The translations under genes were made by a program, and so were the position numbers. From Schizochytrium sp. TIO01 (taxonomy: Eukaryota; Protista; Bigyra: Labyrinthulomycetes): a stretch of 64,000 nt of DNA. Positions 42,339 through 53,660 of this stretch are shown here, one piece after another. A model generated the notes under the pieces. The model saw only the letters and a program-made list of their open reading frames with translations. It was not told where the DNA came from and did not search any database. The stretch lies in the NCBI GenBank assembly GCA_004764695.1, contig SMSO01000014.1, positions 3,033,648 through 3,097,647 on the forward strand, written 5' to 3'. Every line of letters begins with the position of its first letter. Positions within the stretch are counted from its first letter, which is position 1.

Positions 42339-44662
42339 GGTATGTGTCCAGCCTTCTCTCAATAATACCGAGTGCAATCTGGTCTTTCAGACCTTTGGTC
42401 ACGAAGGCCAAACCTCAAGTGTATTCTAAGACAGCACGAGTCACAAGCGTCTATTAGATGCTACGAGTTAAGTCTCTGATCAAAATGTCTCAATGAGTTC
42501 CTTTGGCAATTGGCCGGAAAAAAGACCTTGCTTGCAAGTTATCGTTCGACTTGCAATTTAAATCGTCAAAGCTCAAACTCGTAAGTTTGCTACCTTTGCA
42601 GTTTTTACCTATGTGCTGAGAGGTCTTCTATTCCTTACGTTTCTGCTTGGTTTCACAGCAGGGGTCAAGAGCAGCTGAGGGTCACAGGAGTAAGTTAAAT
42701 TCGAAAGTCGTCTGAGTCGGAGTCTCCAGCGGATGCCTCGTATCCTTCCCTGGAAAAACGAGCTTCGCAGGCACCAAGGCCCAGCGGAGGCAACTAGCAC
42801 CGGGCAAGCACGGGACCCCGAGAGGTCCACGCCGTTACGGAGCTGTCCCCCGGGAACGCAGCGCCTCCTGCGGCGAGCGTCGCCGTTCAGAGTCTGGGTC
42901 TCAGGCCGCTGACAAATATTGCCTTCAATTACCCTCCTTTATGACAGGTAGATGATTATAACGAGTACTATGCCAATTATCTTTTTTCCTTGTTTTCTTT
43001 TCTTTATTCTTTATTCTTTATTCTCTACTAATGAGATCATCGATATCACTGATTAGAATATCGTTGTCAACAAGAATTATGAACACCAATTGAGCATGAA
43101 TTCGAGGTCGAGAGAAGGCGAATTTCTGGTCGACTTTTGCTGCTTTGACGTGGCCCTGCAGCGCAGATTATTGACGGCGGACCCCAGTTTCTAGTTCGCT
43201 ATGGAGGTAGGTATATGCAGTAGGTACCCTGCTAGGGTGCTTTCTCGCGAATGTTATTGTTCATGTATTACAGTTCTCGCTTTTATTTCCTGCTGCTGCT
43301 GCTGCTGCTGCTGGAAGCTGCCATTTACCCATTCTCTTCTTCGAATTCTGTACTGCGAAACGAACGTCGATTTGCTCAATCTGCTCAACGCCGCTTCTTC
43401 AGAAGATTTAGCTTGGCGAGGAGAGCCTGCTAGGCATTGACGGGCCGTCGACAAGATGTAATGCAGGGCTGCTGTCAATAGTGAGGAGGAGTTAGTGAGT
43501 TATGGGTCAGGAACACCACGAAGGAGCACAACAAGGTTGCTGACTCGCTGGACTCAAACTGGCTGTGGCATGATGCATAATACTTCAGTTCGCCTTGGCT
43601 CCATCGGATCGAGCATCGAACTTTCGCAGACCGACCGATGGGCCGATTCCTTCTTGCGAAAACCGAAGGTCAGAGGTCTTCGATATCGCACAGAATCGAC
43701 AATGTATTTGAGAGAGCGAGCGCTGAACCTGGTGTAATGCGTGAGCTCTGTGTATTAGGACGATGTGGCATCCACTTCGCAGTAGAATGATGCCGACCAG
43801 CTCGTTCTCTGCCTCATCCTGTCACCTTTTCAAGAACCGTGTCACTCGCCAAACGTTCTCTCCCAAAGGGATAGCAACGCGAAGATCAGCCAGGCAAGCT
43901 CGACATATCCAGCGAGACCACACTAAAAGCACCACAAACAAGCTAATCTATGTTCGCCTGTACATGTATAGGCGTTTTGCTTTGAAAGCAACGCGGCCAA
44001 TGTCTACGTAAGCACCCAAGCAGAGCTTGTTCGTCTTGGCGCCGTAAACTACTATTTCCATGCATTTCTAGGATGTATGCTTTCGTAGAAAATGTTGCAA
44101 TAGTTGCAATAGTTTACAGCGTGGTCGCAGCGGACCCGCACTGCTATGGTTTCTGTTAGATACTCCCTACTGCAAGTGTTCTCCTTACCTTAGTACGTCT
44201 CTAGATAGGTAGTCTGTTCTATTGCATTTACTCCACCTTACTTACAATAGTAGTAACATCGTGAACAAATGGAATGTGGCAAGCGAGCACTGAGCAGATT
44301 GGCAGGCATAGCACATTTGCCCATCGCGCGTGGGTCTCCAGTTGCTCTGCGGGGACCACGCGTGCTGCGGGTATCCCACGAAGACAAATACCCAGCCTCC
44401 CCAAAGCATGCAGGTTTTGGCTGGTCTGCGAATGAACTGGCCAAGCCACAACCTGAGACGTGCAGCAGCAGCCGAGGTGCTCCTTAGACCATGCCAGAAC
44501 TTCACGAAGAGCGACGTAGACTTGACGGGTTTGAGAGCGCGCACGATATCTTTAAAATCGAATTCTCGCTTTTCTTCAAGCAGCATGCTTAATGGTAGTC
44601 AGAAGGCACGATATGGGATTTGGGAAATGCGAGCGAATGTGAGCCTAGCTTTTGATTGTGGC

Positions 44663-45760
44663 ATGTCCGCAATTGGTTTTCAGAACCAAAAGGTCCTGCG
44701 GAGTATTCTGCATCAATGGAGCTTACGTCAGCAACGGTATATGCACACAGAAGGGGCCGGTGGCGATGATGAGATATCTTCAACTCCTGAAGAAGATGCC
44801 ATGATTGAGCGTCACGCGGCTCTCTCGGAGGCCATCCGGGCGAGTTTGACAAAGCTGAAACGAGAACAGGCTGCGCTTGAACGAAGTGCAGCCCAGCTCG
44901 GGGACCTGGACGCAGTCCGGGAGATGGGTGATTTAATTGTTGCCAATATGGCTAGCGCTAAAAATGTTTTCTCCAAGGCGCGGTCACAGCAGGCTGCAAC
45001 CGTTGTACTTAGCGCTGATAAGTATCTAGACGATGGCAGTATTGTTAAAGTAGATATCAAACTCAACACGGCGAAATATGCTAATGTGAATGACCAGGTG
45101 GGAGCAATCTTTAAGAAGGTGCGGCGTATGGAACGCGGTGTAGAGGTGGTAGAGGAGCGTCTTTTGCTCTCTATGGAAAAACAAGACCTAGTAGAGGCTC
45201 TTGCCGAAAAGGTTGATGCTTGGGACTCGAACATTCTTGCGGAACTTGAGGGATTAGAGGCCCTTGCGACCAAAAATCCGCACATTAGCTGGCCCCCACC
45301 ACAGAGCAAAAAACAAGTCAAGACAGGCCTTCGTGCAAAGAAATTCCGCCGTTATCCTGGTTTTGAGGAAGGAGTACAGATTTGGGTGGGTCGAAACCGC
45401 AAAGAAAACGAAGAACTCACTTTACGCATTGGCCGCCCAGGTGAGATTTGGATGCATGCACGTGGAAGCCCTGGATCGCACGTAGTAGTGCGCACGCTTG
45501 GGCCAATCAAAACGCCGAGTAGGGAAACATTGCAACGGGCTGCTGACCTCACGGCTCTATATAGTAAACTGAAGGCAGAGGCCAAGGTACCAATCACCCT
45601 TGCGGATCCCCGACACATTCGCAAAGCTCCTCGCACGCCTGTTGGCACTGTGATGCTGATGGAAGAGATTGGCACGATGATCGGAATTCCAGACCGAGTC
45701 CATGATTTAGAAGAAGTGACACAGGAGGTTGAACCGTCCAATGAAACTTCCTCAACTTAG
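44663..45760 (+). CDS. NFACT RNA-binding (NFACT-R/DUF814) protein of the FbpA/RqcH/NEMF family; start uncertain
   Basis: Coiled coil (GDLIVAN...IFKKVRRMERG) followed by IWVGRNRKENEELT...IWMHARGSPGSHVVV...AADLTALYSK. The ORF is open from 44330 with several ATGs; 44663 is chosen for its presequence-like character. Confidence 0.8.
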   Translation: MSAIGFQNQKVLRSILHQWSLRQQRYMHTEGAGGDDEISSTPEEDAMIERHAALSEAIRASLTKLKREQAALERSAAQLGDLDAVREMGDLIVANMASAKNVFSKARSQQAATVVLSADKYLDDGSIVKVDIKLNTAKYANVNDQVGAIFKKVRRMERGVEVVEERLLLSMEKQDLVEALAEKVDAWDSNILAELEGLEALATKNPHISWPPPQSKKQVKTGLRAKKFRRYPGFEEGVQIWVGRNRKENEELTLRIGRPGEIWMHARGSPGSHVVVRTLGPIKTPSRETLQRAADLTALYSKLKAEAKVPITLADPRHIRKAPRTPVGTVMLMEEIGTMIGIPDRVHDLEEVTQEVEPSNETSST

Positions 45761-46150
45761 GTGACTAAATTTGTAGTGAATAACCCCCCCCCCCCCCCAA
45801 AAAAAAAAAAAAAAACATTTTGTGCTTTTTACGTATCTACTTCGGCATTTTTCTTGTTCTTTCCACAGTATTACATCATTGTAGTATATGTGAGTCTGGG
45901 ACAAGCCTGCTATGATTTACGCCATAGGGAAGCCAAACGGCCGAAGATTAGAGAAATCTTATAATTGTTTTCAAGCCTATTCGCAACCAAGATTCCTTGT
46001 TTAAAAGCAAAGAATTTAGAATTTATAAAAGGAGAATTTAAATGGTCTAATAAATGGACTCGCCTGTGGCAATGCTGCACAAAACTTGGCGAGACAAAGT
46101 CAAATTTCACATAGGGTCTAGCTCTCAGAAGACATGAGACACAGGTAGAG

Positions 46151-48280
46151 CTAGATTTGCTTGTCAATGTCAATGTCAGTGACATGATCGAGGATTTCGA
46201 CCCGAACAGGCTGGGTGGTACTACCATCATCAGAGGAGGAGTCACTTTCATCATCGTCATCGTGCTCATAAACCTCGAGAAGACCAATGCTTGCTGTTGA
46301 TTCGACTTGGGACTGTGTGATAGAATTAACACGAGAGCCTCCAAAGTTGGAGCCCATTCGCGAACCAACACGCAATGAAAGCTGGCGATGTGATGGCGGA
46401 CGGGTAGATGCTGATGGGCGATTGCGACGTAAACCATGAGGGCGAATGTGCGATAAATTTGCTGATGAGCGAGCGTTGCTGAGTAGGAAGTCAATATCTT
46501 GCATATCCTGGTGAACAAAGCCTCCCAAACCAAACTGGTCATCATCCTGTTCCATACGGTTGACAGAGACCTCAAACTCTTTGTTACGTTCCTGCAGGAG
46601 TTTTTCTGCGAGACCAAAGGCTGCTTCGGTTCCAATCTCGTCCTCCTCTGATTGAATGCCGGCATACCAGCGTCCCACACGCACGTTGCCGTTTTCAGGA
46701 TCTCGGAGAGCCTTCTTGACGTCTTCGTAGAGCGTGCGGAGGCGCTGGCGGATAGCACCCTCTTCATCGTGATTAGGTGAGCGATATCTTGAGGCAGGCA
46801 AGCGCATTGTGTGATCACAGAGAAAGGCCTCAAAGATAATGTACACGTCAAAGTCGTTGACACGCGGATGATATGAGCGAATATCGACGATTTCCAAATT
46901 GGAGTCCATGATGGCACGCAGGAAGCGGTCCTGTAGACCCATACTTCCTGTACAGCGCGTCTGCACAAAATAGTAGAGGGGTGGGTTGCCTTTGGCATCC
47001 TCACCGGTTTCGTTACGTGCTTTATCTACAGCACGCTGGGCCTTGCGAGTGAAGTATCCAATAACGAGACGCAGTAAAATGGGCGAAATGATAATGGTGA
47101 TGAGGATGGTCAGGATGATACTTGCTGCAATATCATCTGAGACAAACGCTTCCTGTTTAGCATAAACAACAACGATGAAAGCAAATTCACCGAGCGCGCT
47201 CATTGCTGTAGAGACAACCATGGCATTGAACTTGGTGAGTGGACGAGCCCAAATGAAGGTGGCAATTTTACCAATGAGAGCAATGAGAATCATTGCTGCG
47301 TGTTTGACTACCTCGACATTTGCGAAAGAGCTCACAGGAATTTCAAAGGCAATAGTACAGCCAAAAAAGATTCGTAAGAGCCAAGTTAGGATACGCTTGA
47401 CCTGGCTCACCCAGACGCGCTGTACTTGCTCGGAGGTACAGAAAGAAAGACCAGCAATAAAGCAGCCGAGCAAGTAGCTACCACCTGCAGCTCGTGCAGC
47501 AGGCGCGAGTCCAAGGGCAAGTAAAAAGAGCAATGCAAGAGCAAGGTTGTCTTCGTACTCGGGTTTAACTCGCGGGAAGACAAAGCGGTTGAGAATGCGC
47601 GGGATAATGTAAATGGCGACGAAGCCAAAGCCAAAGAGGAGAAGGAAGGCGACTAAGATGGGTTTTACGATATTCCATCCGGTAGGATCCTCCAGAGCAC
47701 TAAGTTCGGAGAGAAGGATGAGAGCGATGATATCATCAAGCACGGCTGCTGCAATAATGAGTTGGCCTGTTGGAGAGTTCAATAGCTTGCTGGCACGAAG
47801 CACAGAGAGCGCAATACCCATACTTGTGGGTGAAACTGAAGCGCCGACGACGAAACTGCCCTTCATGTCAAGGCCCATGAGCTTGTCGCCAATGAAAAAC
47901 CCGATGGCTAAGGGGACCATACTACCTGCAACCGCGACGATCGCTCCTCTGACACCAATGAGACGCAGCATTTCAAGATCTACTTCGACACCAGCCTCAA
48001 TGACGAGGAGCATCAGTCCAAGTTCTCCAATCATTTTCCATGCTCCAACCTTGGGAACAAATTCGAGGAGGTAAGGTCCGAGGATCATTCCTGTGATAAT
48101 TTGGCCTACAAGTGGTGGTGCGCCTGCAAAGGAAACAAGCTTGCCAATTCCCCAGAGTGCTATCATGAACACGAGAGATGCATAGAGCTGGTCCCACGAG
48201 TATTCATCTTCGCCTTCACCTGAACCCGACAAGTATCTCCAGTCTCCGCGCAGGAAATCCTCCATTAGTGAAGAGAACAT
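46151..48280 (-). CDS. CPA2-family cation/H+ antiporter (NapA/KefB-like) with C-terminal ACT-like domain, 709 aa
   Basis: Multiple TM helices with PPLVGQIITGMILGP, IGELGLMLLVIEAGVEVD, PTSMGI, AAAVLDDII, LLGCFIAGL, IGK and GEFAFI motifs. Confidence 0.9.
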   Translation of the reverse strand: MFSSLMEDFLRGDWRYLSGSGEGEDEYSWDQLYASLVFMIALWGIGKLVSFAGAPPLVGQIITGMILGPYLLEFVPKVGAWKMIGELGLMLLVIEAGVEVDLEMLRLIGVRGAIVAVAGSMVPLAIGFFIGDKLMGLDMKGSFVVGASVSPTSMGIALSVLRASKLLNSPTGQLIIAAAVLDDIIALILLSELSALEDPTGWNIVKPILVAFLLLFGFGFVAIYIIPRILNRFVFPRVKPEYEDNLALALLFLLALGLAPAARAAGGSYLLGCFIAGLSFCTSEQVQRVWVSQVKRILTWLLRIFFGCTIAFEIPVSSFANVEVVKHAAMILIALIGKIATFIWARPLTKFNAMVVSTAMSALGEFAFIVVVYAKQEAFVSDDIAASIILTILITIIISPILLRLVIGYFTRKAQRAVDKARNETGEDAKGNPPLYYFVQTRCTGSMGLQDRFLRAIMDSNLEIVDIRSYHPRVNDFDVYIIFEAFLCDHTMRLPASRYRSPNHDEEGAIRQRLRTLYEDVKKALRDPENGNVRVGRWYAGIQSEEDEIGTEAAFGLAEKLLQERNKEFEVSVNRMEQDDDQFGLGGFVHQDMQDIDFLLSNARSSANLSHIRPHGLRRNRPSASTRPPSHRQLSLRVGSRMGSNFGGSRVNSITQSQVESTASIGLLEVYEHDDDDESDSSSDDGSTTQPVRVEILDHVTDIDIDKQI

Positions 48281-48796
48281 TCTGGCTAGCGTCCTTGCAG
48301 AGAGGTCTGCCTCTTCTGCCAGTTCGCCAAGGCAAAGCTAGAGGCAGGAGCAAACGCCACCACCTCCGCCAGCAGTAAGGGGTTTGTTGGTCACTTGCCT
48401 GATTTACAGTCAATTTCACTTTGCTTTTTTAACAGAGGGGTCTCTTTTTATTTTTTTAAACAAAAAAATAAAAAGAGAAAAGAAAGTAAATTGGTGTGCA
48501 AGTGCTGCAGCTCTTTTATGGGCCACTCCTGATATTCCGAATGGAGCCTACGCTATCAGCTAAGCCTATTCTACCCACACACCACGAGCTTGGCCCTGTG
48601 TATTGTTCGCGTTGTTCTGTTACCTCTTCTTTTTCTGCAACTACCTTGAACAGCCAAACCTTCTTCCTTTAGGATTCTTCCCTTGCTTTACTTTGCTTTA
48701 CTTTTTGTTATTGCTGAGCAGAGTTTTTTTTTTTTTTTTTTAAAATTAAAAGTTTCTTTCAAAAAGCTCAATTGATCAAAGGTGAAAAGAAGTTGA

Positions 48797-48851
48797 AGTG
48801 AAATGAAATGAAATGAAAAGAAAAGAAAAGAAAAGAAAAGAAAAGAAAAGA
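48797..48851. repeat. (AAATG)n/(AAAAG)n pentanucleotide microsatellite
   Basis: Direct reading. Confidence 0.9.
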
Positions 48852-50487
48852 ACAGGAAACGAACTGTAGGCAATTCGAGGGGAAGGAAAATACTGGCAAT
48901 CGGCGAAGGTGAAAGGTCCCAAGATTACTCGGACTTGAGATAGCCGAGAGTCCGTTCTTTAACTGCCGACGCTTCAACTCCTGTCGTCCTTGCGTGTTGC
49001 CTTCCGTGCGTGGAGCGTCAAAGCCAAGCCTCTTTGCGCCGGCTCGCTCGTTGCTTGTAGGCAGCTTTTAGTGCTGCTTTTGTTGGTTCCTTCAGCAATT
49101 TTGGCAGTGCAGTGTAATCAAACAAGACCTCTTCGCGAGCAAGTCTTGCAAATCATGCAAAGCAAGCACAGCTTAGCTCAAGTGTCGCTGAGCAACCTGG
49201 GCAACCTGCTCGCCCGACTCTATGGTAAGCCTGCCTGTCCTACGCGTGGCTTTGGCCACGTCTGATTGTGACAATGAATCAAAGTACTCTCGCTATTTTA
49301 GTTGAGTTGAACTGAGTTGAGTTGATCTTAGTTTTAGTTTTAGTTTTAGTTTTTCTTTTCTTTTTCTGTGCACGCGCGTTTTCCTTGTTTTCAAAGGTCT
49401 CTCTTTCTGCCAAGCACGTGCACAACTCGTTCGTGCTCAACAGCTCAAGTTGCTCAACAGCGGGCACTCACCAACACGGGTTTACTTGCGCAGGCCGATC
49501 GGGTTTGCAGGTTTCTCTTCCGATCTGCTCGTCGAGTTTCCACCGGGTTGCAGGCGCTGACTCGGATGGACTGATCGATCGACAACGATGAGCTTAGGTC
49601 CCAAGGCCTCCAACTGGCAAGGATCCACAGGCTCAAGGCAGCAACAACTGCAGGCACTGGCAGGATCAGAGGTGGATTCGCTCTGTGCGTAGGTGGTAGG
49701 CAGCTGCCAGGCTTGTGGTGGATCTGGCGAATGTGATGGAGGAATACAATGTGCAGGGGTGACGGTGGTCTCGATGGATTTTCTAGCAGTTTAAGTAAAA
49801 AACGAGATGGACCGCATTATATATATCATTACTATCATTATTATTATTATTACTAAACAAAATTAGGATTTGAAAAATGTTCATAAATGCTCAGAGCCTG
49901 GTGACTCTCTAGGATGGTGGATGACAATGAATAGCAGCGCTTGAAAGTGATTATGCGCTCCGCGAGCGATTACAGAAACTATGTACAAGATTAGGGGCTC
50001 CGCGGGATCCTTTTCCAGGTCGAAGAGCAGCCGTGGTAATCAGATATTCTCAGGCAGCTCCTCCTCTTTCTTGTTTTTCTGGATAATTCAAAATCAACTT
50101 TTGCAAAAAAAAGAAAAGAGAAGCGGTAATTTCATTTTAAAAAGAGAGAAAGAAAAAGAGAATAATAGTAATAAAAGCTTTAGCGAGATGGATTGAAGTG
50201 TATCTGACTCTTAGTGTTTCTCATAGTGACAGAGACTTGTAATCAGAAAGAGAGCAACGAATGATCCCCGTCGATTGGGCAACGATCTCCAATTTGTGTG
50301 TTCGCCTTCCCCCTCCATTATCAGTTCGGGTGAGGGGGAGAGGGGGGTGTTCGTAAGCATTGAGGAGCAGTCTGCGCTGAGGGTAGCTAGGCCAGAGGGG
50401 GAACCACGGCCTTAAAGCTGACAAATTACCAGCGGTCCTCACTCGTGGTCCCGCCCTCCCGACATTAGCATTTTTATTATTGTGCTG

Positions 50488-50540
50488 TCTTCTTCTTCTT
50501 CTTCTTCTTCTTCTTCTTCTTCTTCTTCTTCTTCTTCTTT
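50488..50540. repeat. (TTC)n microsatellite
   Basis: Uninterrupted TTC run. Confidence 0.95.
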
Positions 50541-51529
50541 ATTCTTTTTTTCTTTCAGGCTCAGGATGAAAAAACTGCTTTCAACTTACATTACCAGCTT
50601 AGTGGTGTTCTCCATAGTAGCAAACAGCCAAAGTTGATTGATGAGTGCAGACCAATTCCTCCAAGTTCCGAGTTGTTCAACACCGCTGATTGTTCGTTCG
50701 TCTCCCTTCGTGAGATGGAACCAAAGGCTGCCTTGCAACCTATTACCACATCGCTTAAGCAGTCTGTCTCATGTAATTGTTTCAGCCTGAGAGTTCATTA
50801 TACACATAGTGCCTACTGCTGTGCGAACGTCGCGAGTGTTTTTTTACAAAAAAATAATAATTTACTTATCATGATAATTTTAATTAAAATTAATTAAGTT
50901 AAATAAGTTTTCTTAAGTTTTTTTAAGTTTTTTTTTTTTTTTAATCTGGTGGAGAAGACGAATTATTGAAATCGCGACTACCACAAAACGTGGTTAGAAC
51001 TGGGTTCTCCGAGCATCTTACTGATTGGGGGACCTAGAACTAAATCAACCTGGTGTCTTGACGGCAGCAGCAATAGATGTTTCATAGCAGAGACACTGCC
51101 TATATTGCATGCAGCACCACCAAGTCAGACTCACTGTGAAAAATTGTTATGTTCTTCGTTTCTTTTCACTACAAAGTCAAGGGGAAAGAGAGAAAGGGCG
51201 AGCGGCGCGCGCCAATAACCCTGCATGTGCTGGCGCGTACCTGTGTCACTCAGTCGGTTGCTCTCCCTTTCTCTATCTGTTTATCTCTACCTTTGCGTGC
51301 GCCTGGTGGTATACAAATAGTGCAGCACGGATCAGCGGCCAAGTTCAAGTCCAAGCTCATCAAAATGCCCACTCTTGCAAGAAACGAGGGAGCAGTTTCC
51401 AGCAGGAGCGATGACGCAGCTCTTTTATTACTATTATTGTTCTTAATAAATTAAAAGAAACTTGACAAAAGCGAATAAGGAATGACAAATAAAAAATGAA
51501 TAGAGGAAAGTGGCGAGGGAACAATGAAT

Positions 51530-52190
51530 TGAAGACAACGCACGTGGAGCTAGGGTTTCCTGCAATTTACACTGATGGTTTCGATAGTGGCCAAGCTAGG
51601 ATGGAAATCTCGGCGGTGACGGCCTTCGCAAGCACAATGGTCGTTACGCTCGCTATGAAGGACGATGGTTCAAGACTACCTGTTATTTACCTTGTTTGAC
51701 TCCTGAAATCAGCTCTGGAAGCCCAAATGAACTAGTAAGGAAAGAACCAGGAGGAATCGCAAAGTCGTAAATCAGAAGCGATGAAGAGCAAATCAAACCG
51801 ATCTGCTGAATTCGCACGTGCAAACATTCTCGCTGCAGCAACTTGAGCCTGTGAAGTCCAAAACGAAACTATCCGCGACTAAATGAGTTCAAACCTTTCG
51901 TTGTAACGAGCAATCATGGATATATTCATCTTGCATTGTCGCCATTCTCATCGGAATCATTCATAACCTCTCATGATTTGTACGACACAACTGCGTCCTG
52001 ATGGTTCTTGATTTCAGGCTATTTGATGTGCAGGAAAACAACGCTCCCGTCCCTCGCGGTTCACGCTGCCAACTCCGTGACGATGCTCAGTTTTGGCGAG
52101 CATGGTTCAATCTTCTGAAGAACGACGCAAAGCGAAGCGAAGATTGAAGCTCCTATCTACAATCAATCGCTCGCCTACAAGATAGGCGCA
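51530..52190 (+). mobile_element. decayed pogo/Tigger-like (DDE_1) transposase catalytic-domain fragment
   Basis: Colinear motif remnants across frames: TMVVTLAMKDDGSRLPVIYL (51634-51693; cf. TVxLxxxADGxKLP), *MSSNL (cf. WMxxxL), VLMVLD (51995-52012) and VPRGS-CQLRD (cf. IPxGxTxxLQPLD). Many stops and frameshifts. Confidence 0.45.
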
Positions 52191-53289
52191 CACATGCCAG
52201 AATGCCGCAGAGCGTTTTTTAATTAAATTCGTGAATATTTTACTCTCCTCAGTACCTGCATGGAAATGCTAGAGGTAATAATAAATAAGAAGACCCCTGA
52301 TGCCTCTTCTTTTAGTAGTCTTTTGTATAGTCTTTTAATTCATTTCATTTCATTTTAAATAATTCTACTACTCCACCACTCGCTGTAATAACACAACAAC
52401 AAAATGAAGAAAACCATGGGAGAATGAAACAAAGCAAAGCATTGGAGCAGGGTATCCTCAGCTTAGCAGGCAGGAACAATAAGAAACGCCCTCACGCAGA
52501 ACCTACCTGCACCTACCTGCTATTAAAACCAAGCGACTCATGTAGTCAATCTTAATGTGTCTCGGTGAAACAAATGAGAGGTTGTTTTCATGCACCTCAT
52601 TGACCATGATGAAGAATCACTGCCCAGGTGTCGGCAATGCGTGAGCTGCAACTCGCAATTGAGCTGAGCGCCGTTGCGAACCAACCGTGAACTGCACTGA
52701 GTCGAGAATCGCGGGGCTCCCAGCCAGCGTAGGAGGTACTGTCAATCTGTCCTCTTCCATTTATCAATTACAGTGATCTGTATCTCTCACTAAGAACACA
52801 AGCAGAAGCAAGTGCAGACAAATCCTTTCTCGTTCACGGCCGCGCTGGACGCCATCGCCAATGCAATTCGGCATCACGACCACTGCAAGAGGCTCCACAA
52901 GGCTTCTGAGACGTGTGTGCTGAAGAGTTATTCTTAAGCACAGACAGCTTGCACGGCTTCGTCCCAGCTGATTTGCAGCTGCTCCTGTGTAGTGTGCAGT
53001 GATGACCAGTGATAGAGATGGGCGTGGACTCCAGCAGAGCTGGCTGCAGTCGCATCGTACAAATCGAAATGGAAACAACGTCAAAGAAGAAACTTTCGAG
53101 TGCCAGGTTGAAGCAGCTTGGTTCTGCTCAAGATTGCTTTCCCTGGAGAGGGCTCCTTCCCGATCTGGTTTTCTAGCGCGACTTTCTTTGATGAGACTTT
53201 CAGGAAAGTAGGGCACCTCGAAGCTTGGAACGATTGATTTCATACATGTGCTTATTCGTGAACTATTGCTTTTGATGAAGGTTATTTGA

Positions 53290-53660
53290 GGGGAGTCTCG
53301 TCGCGATTCTAGTTCTCGTTGGTGGTGTCTAAAAGTTCCGCCTCAACAATTCTCAAGTATCGCTCAAACATTTTTCAGGTAAAGGGGCAGAGAAGAGATC
53401 TGGGAAGTGGTGTATGCGACGACCATGGCATGGTTATATAGAGCAGCAGAAATGCGCAAGTGGGGAAAGAGGCGGTCGCAATCATCAGTCAAATAAATAC
53501 CTAAGCTTGAAGAACTTAAAGAACGAGTGGCTGACTACTCCGCACAACACTAAGTCCTACTAGCTGGCTGTGTAGGTGCACAGCACACACGTGCCGCGAG
53601 GAGAACACATAAACACTTAGATTGCTCAGGCCCGTAAGAAAGCTAAACAGGTATTAGGAT
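53290..53660 (+). mobile_element. decayed pogo/Tigger-like transposase N-terminal HTH (CENP-B-type) fragment
   Basis: GESRRDSSSRW/VSKSSASTILKYRSNI (cf. GESxRxIAxxFGVSKSTVSTILKNxxxI), KY/PKLEEL/NEWL and GEHINT*IAQARKKAKQV appear in the expected order with frameshifts. Confidence 0.5.

Noticed and set aside
43705-43750. TGAGA...TGAACCTG..TAATGC resembling a TPP riboswitch
   Set aside because: Lacks the P5 stem and the 5' pairing strands, and no thiamine gene is nearby.
45784-45815. C15 immediately followed by A17 after the NFACT gene stop
   Set aside because: Simple homopolymers of unreliable length; no target-site duplication to indicate a retrocopy.
45910-47004. 364-aa minus-strand ORF overlapping the antiporter 3' half in another frame
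   Set aside because: No ATG at its annotated start and no recognisable motifs; treated as a shadow of the real CDS.
52655-52740. CTGAG...ACCGTGAAC...GCCAGCGTAGG resembling a TPP riboswitch 3' end
   Set aside because: The TAAT loop is missing and the spacing is wrong.
52764-53243. 159-aa minus-strand ORF in the gene gap
   Set aside because: No motif or coding-like composition, so it cannot be supported.
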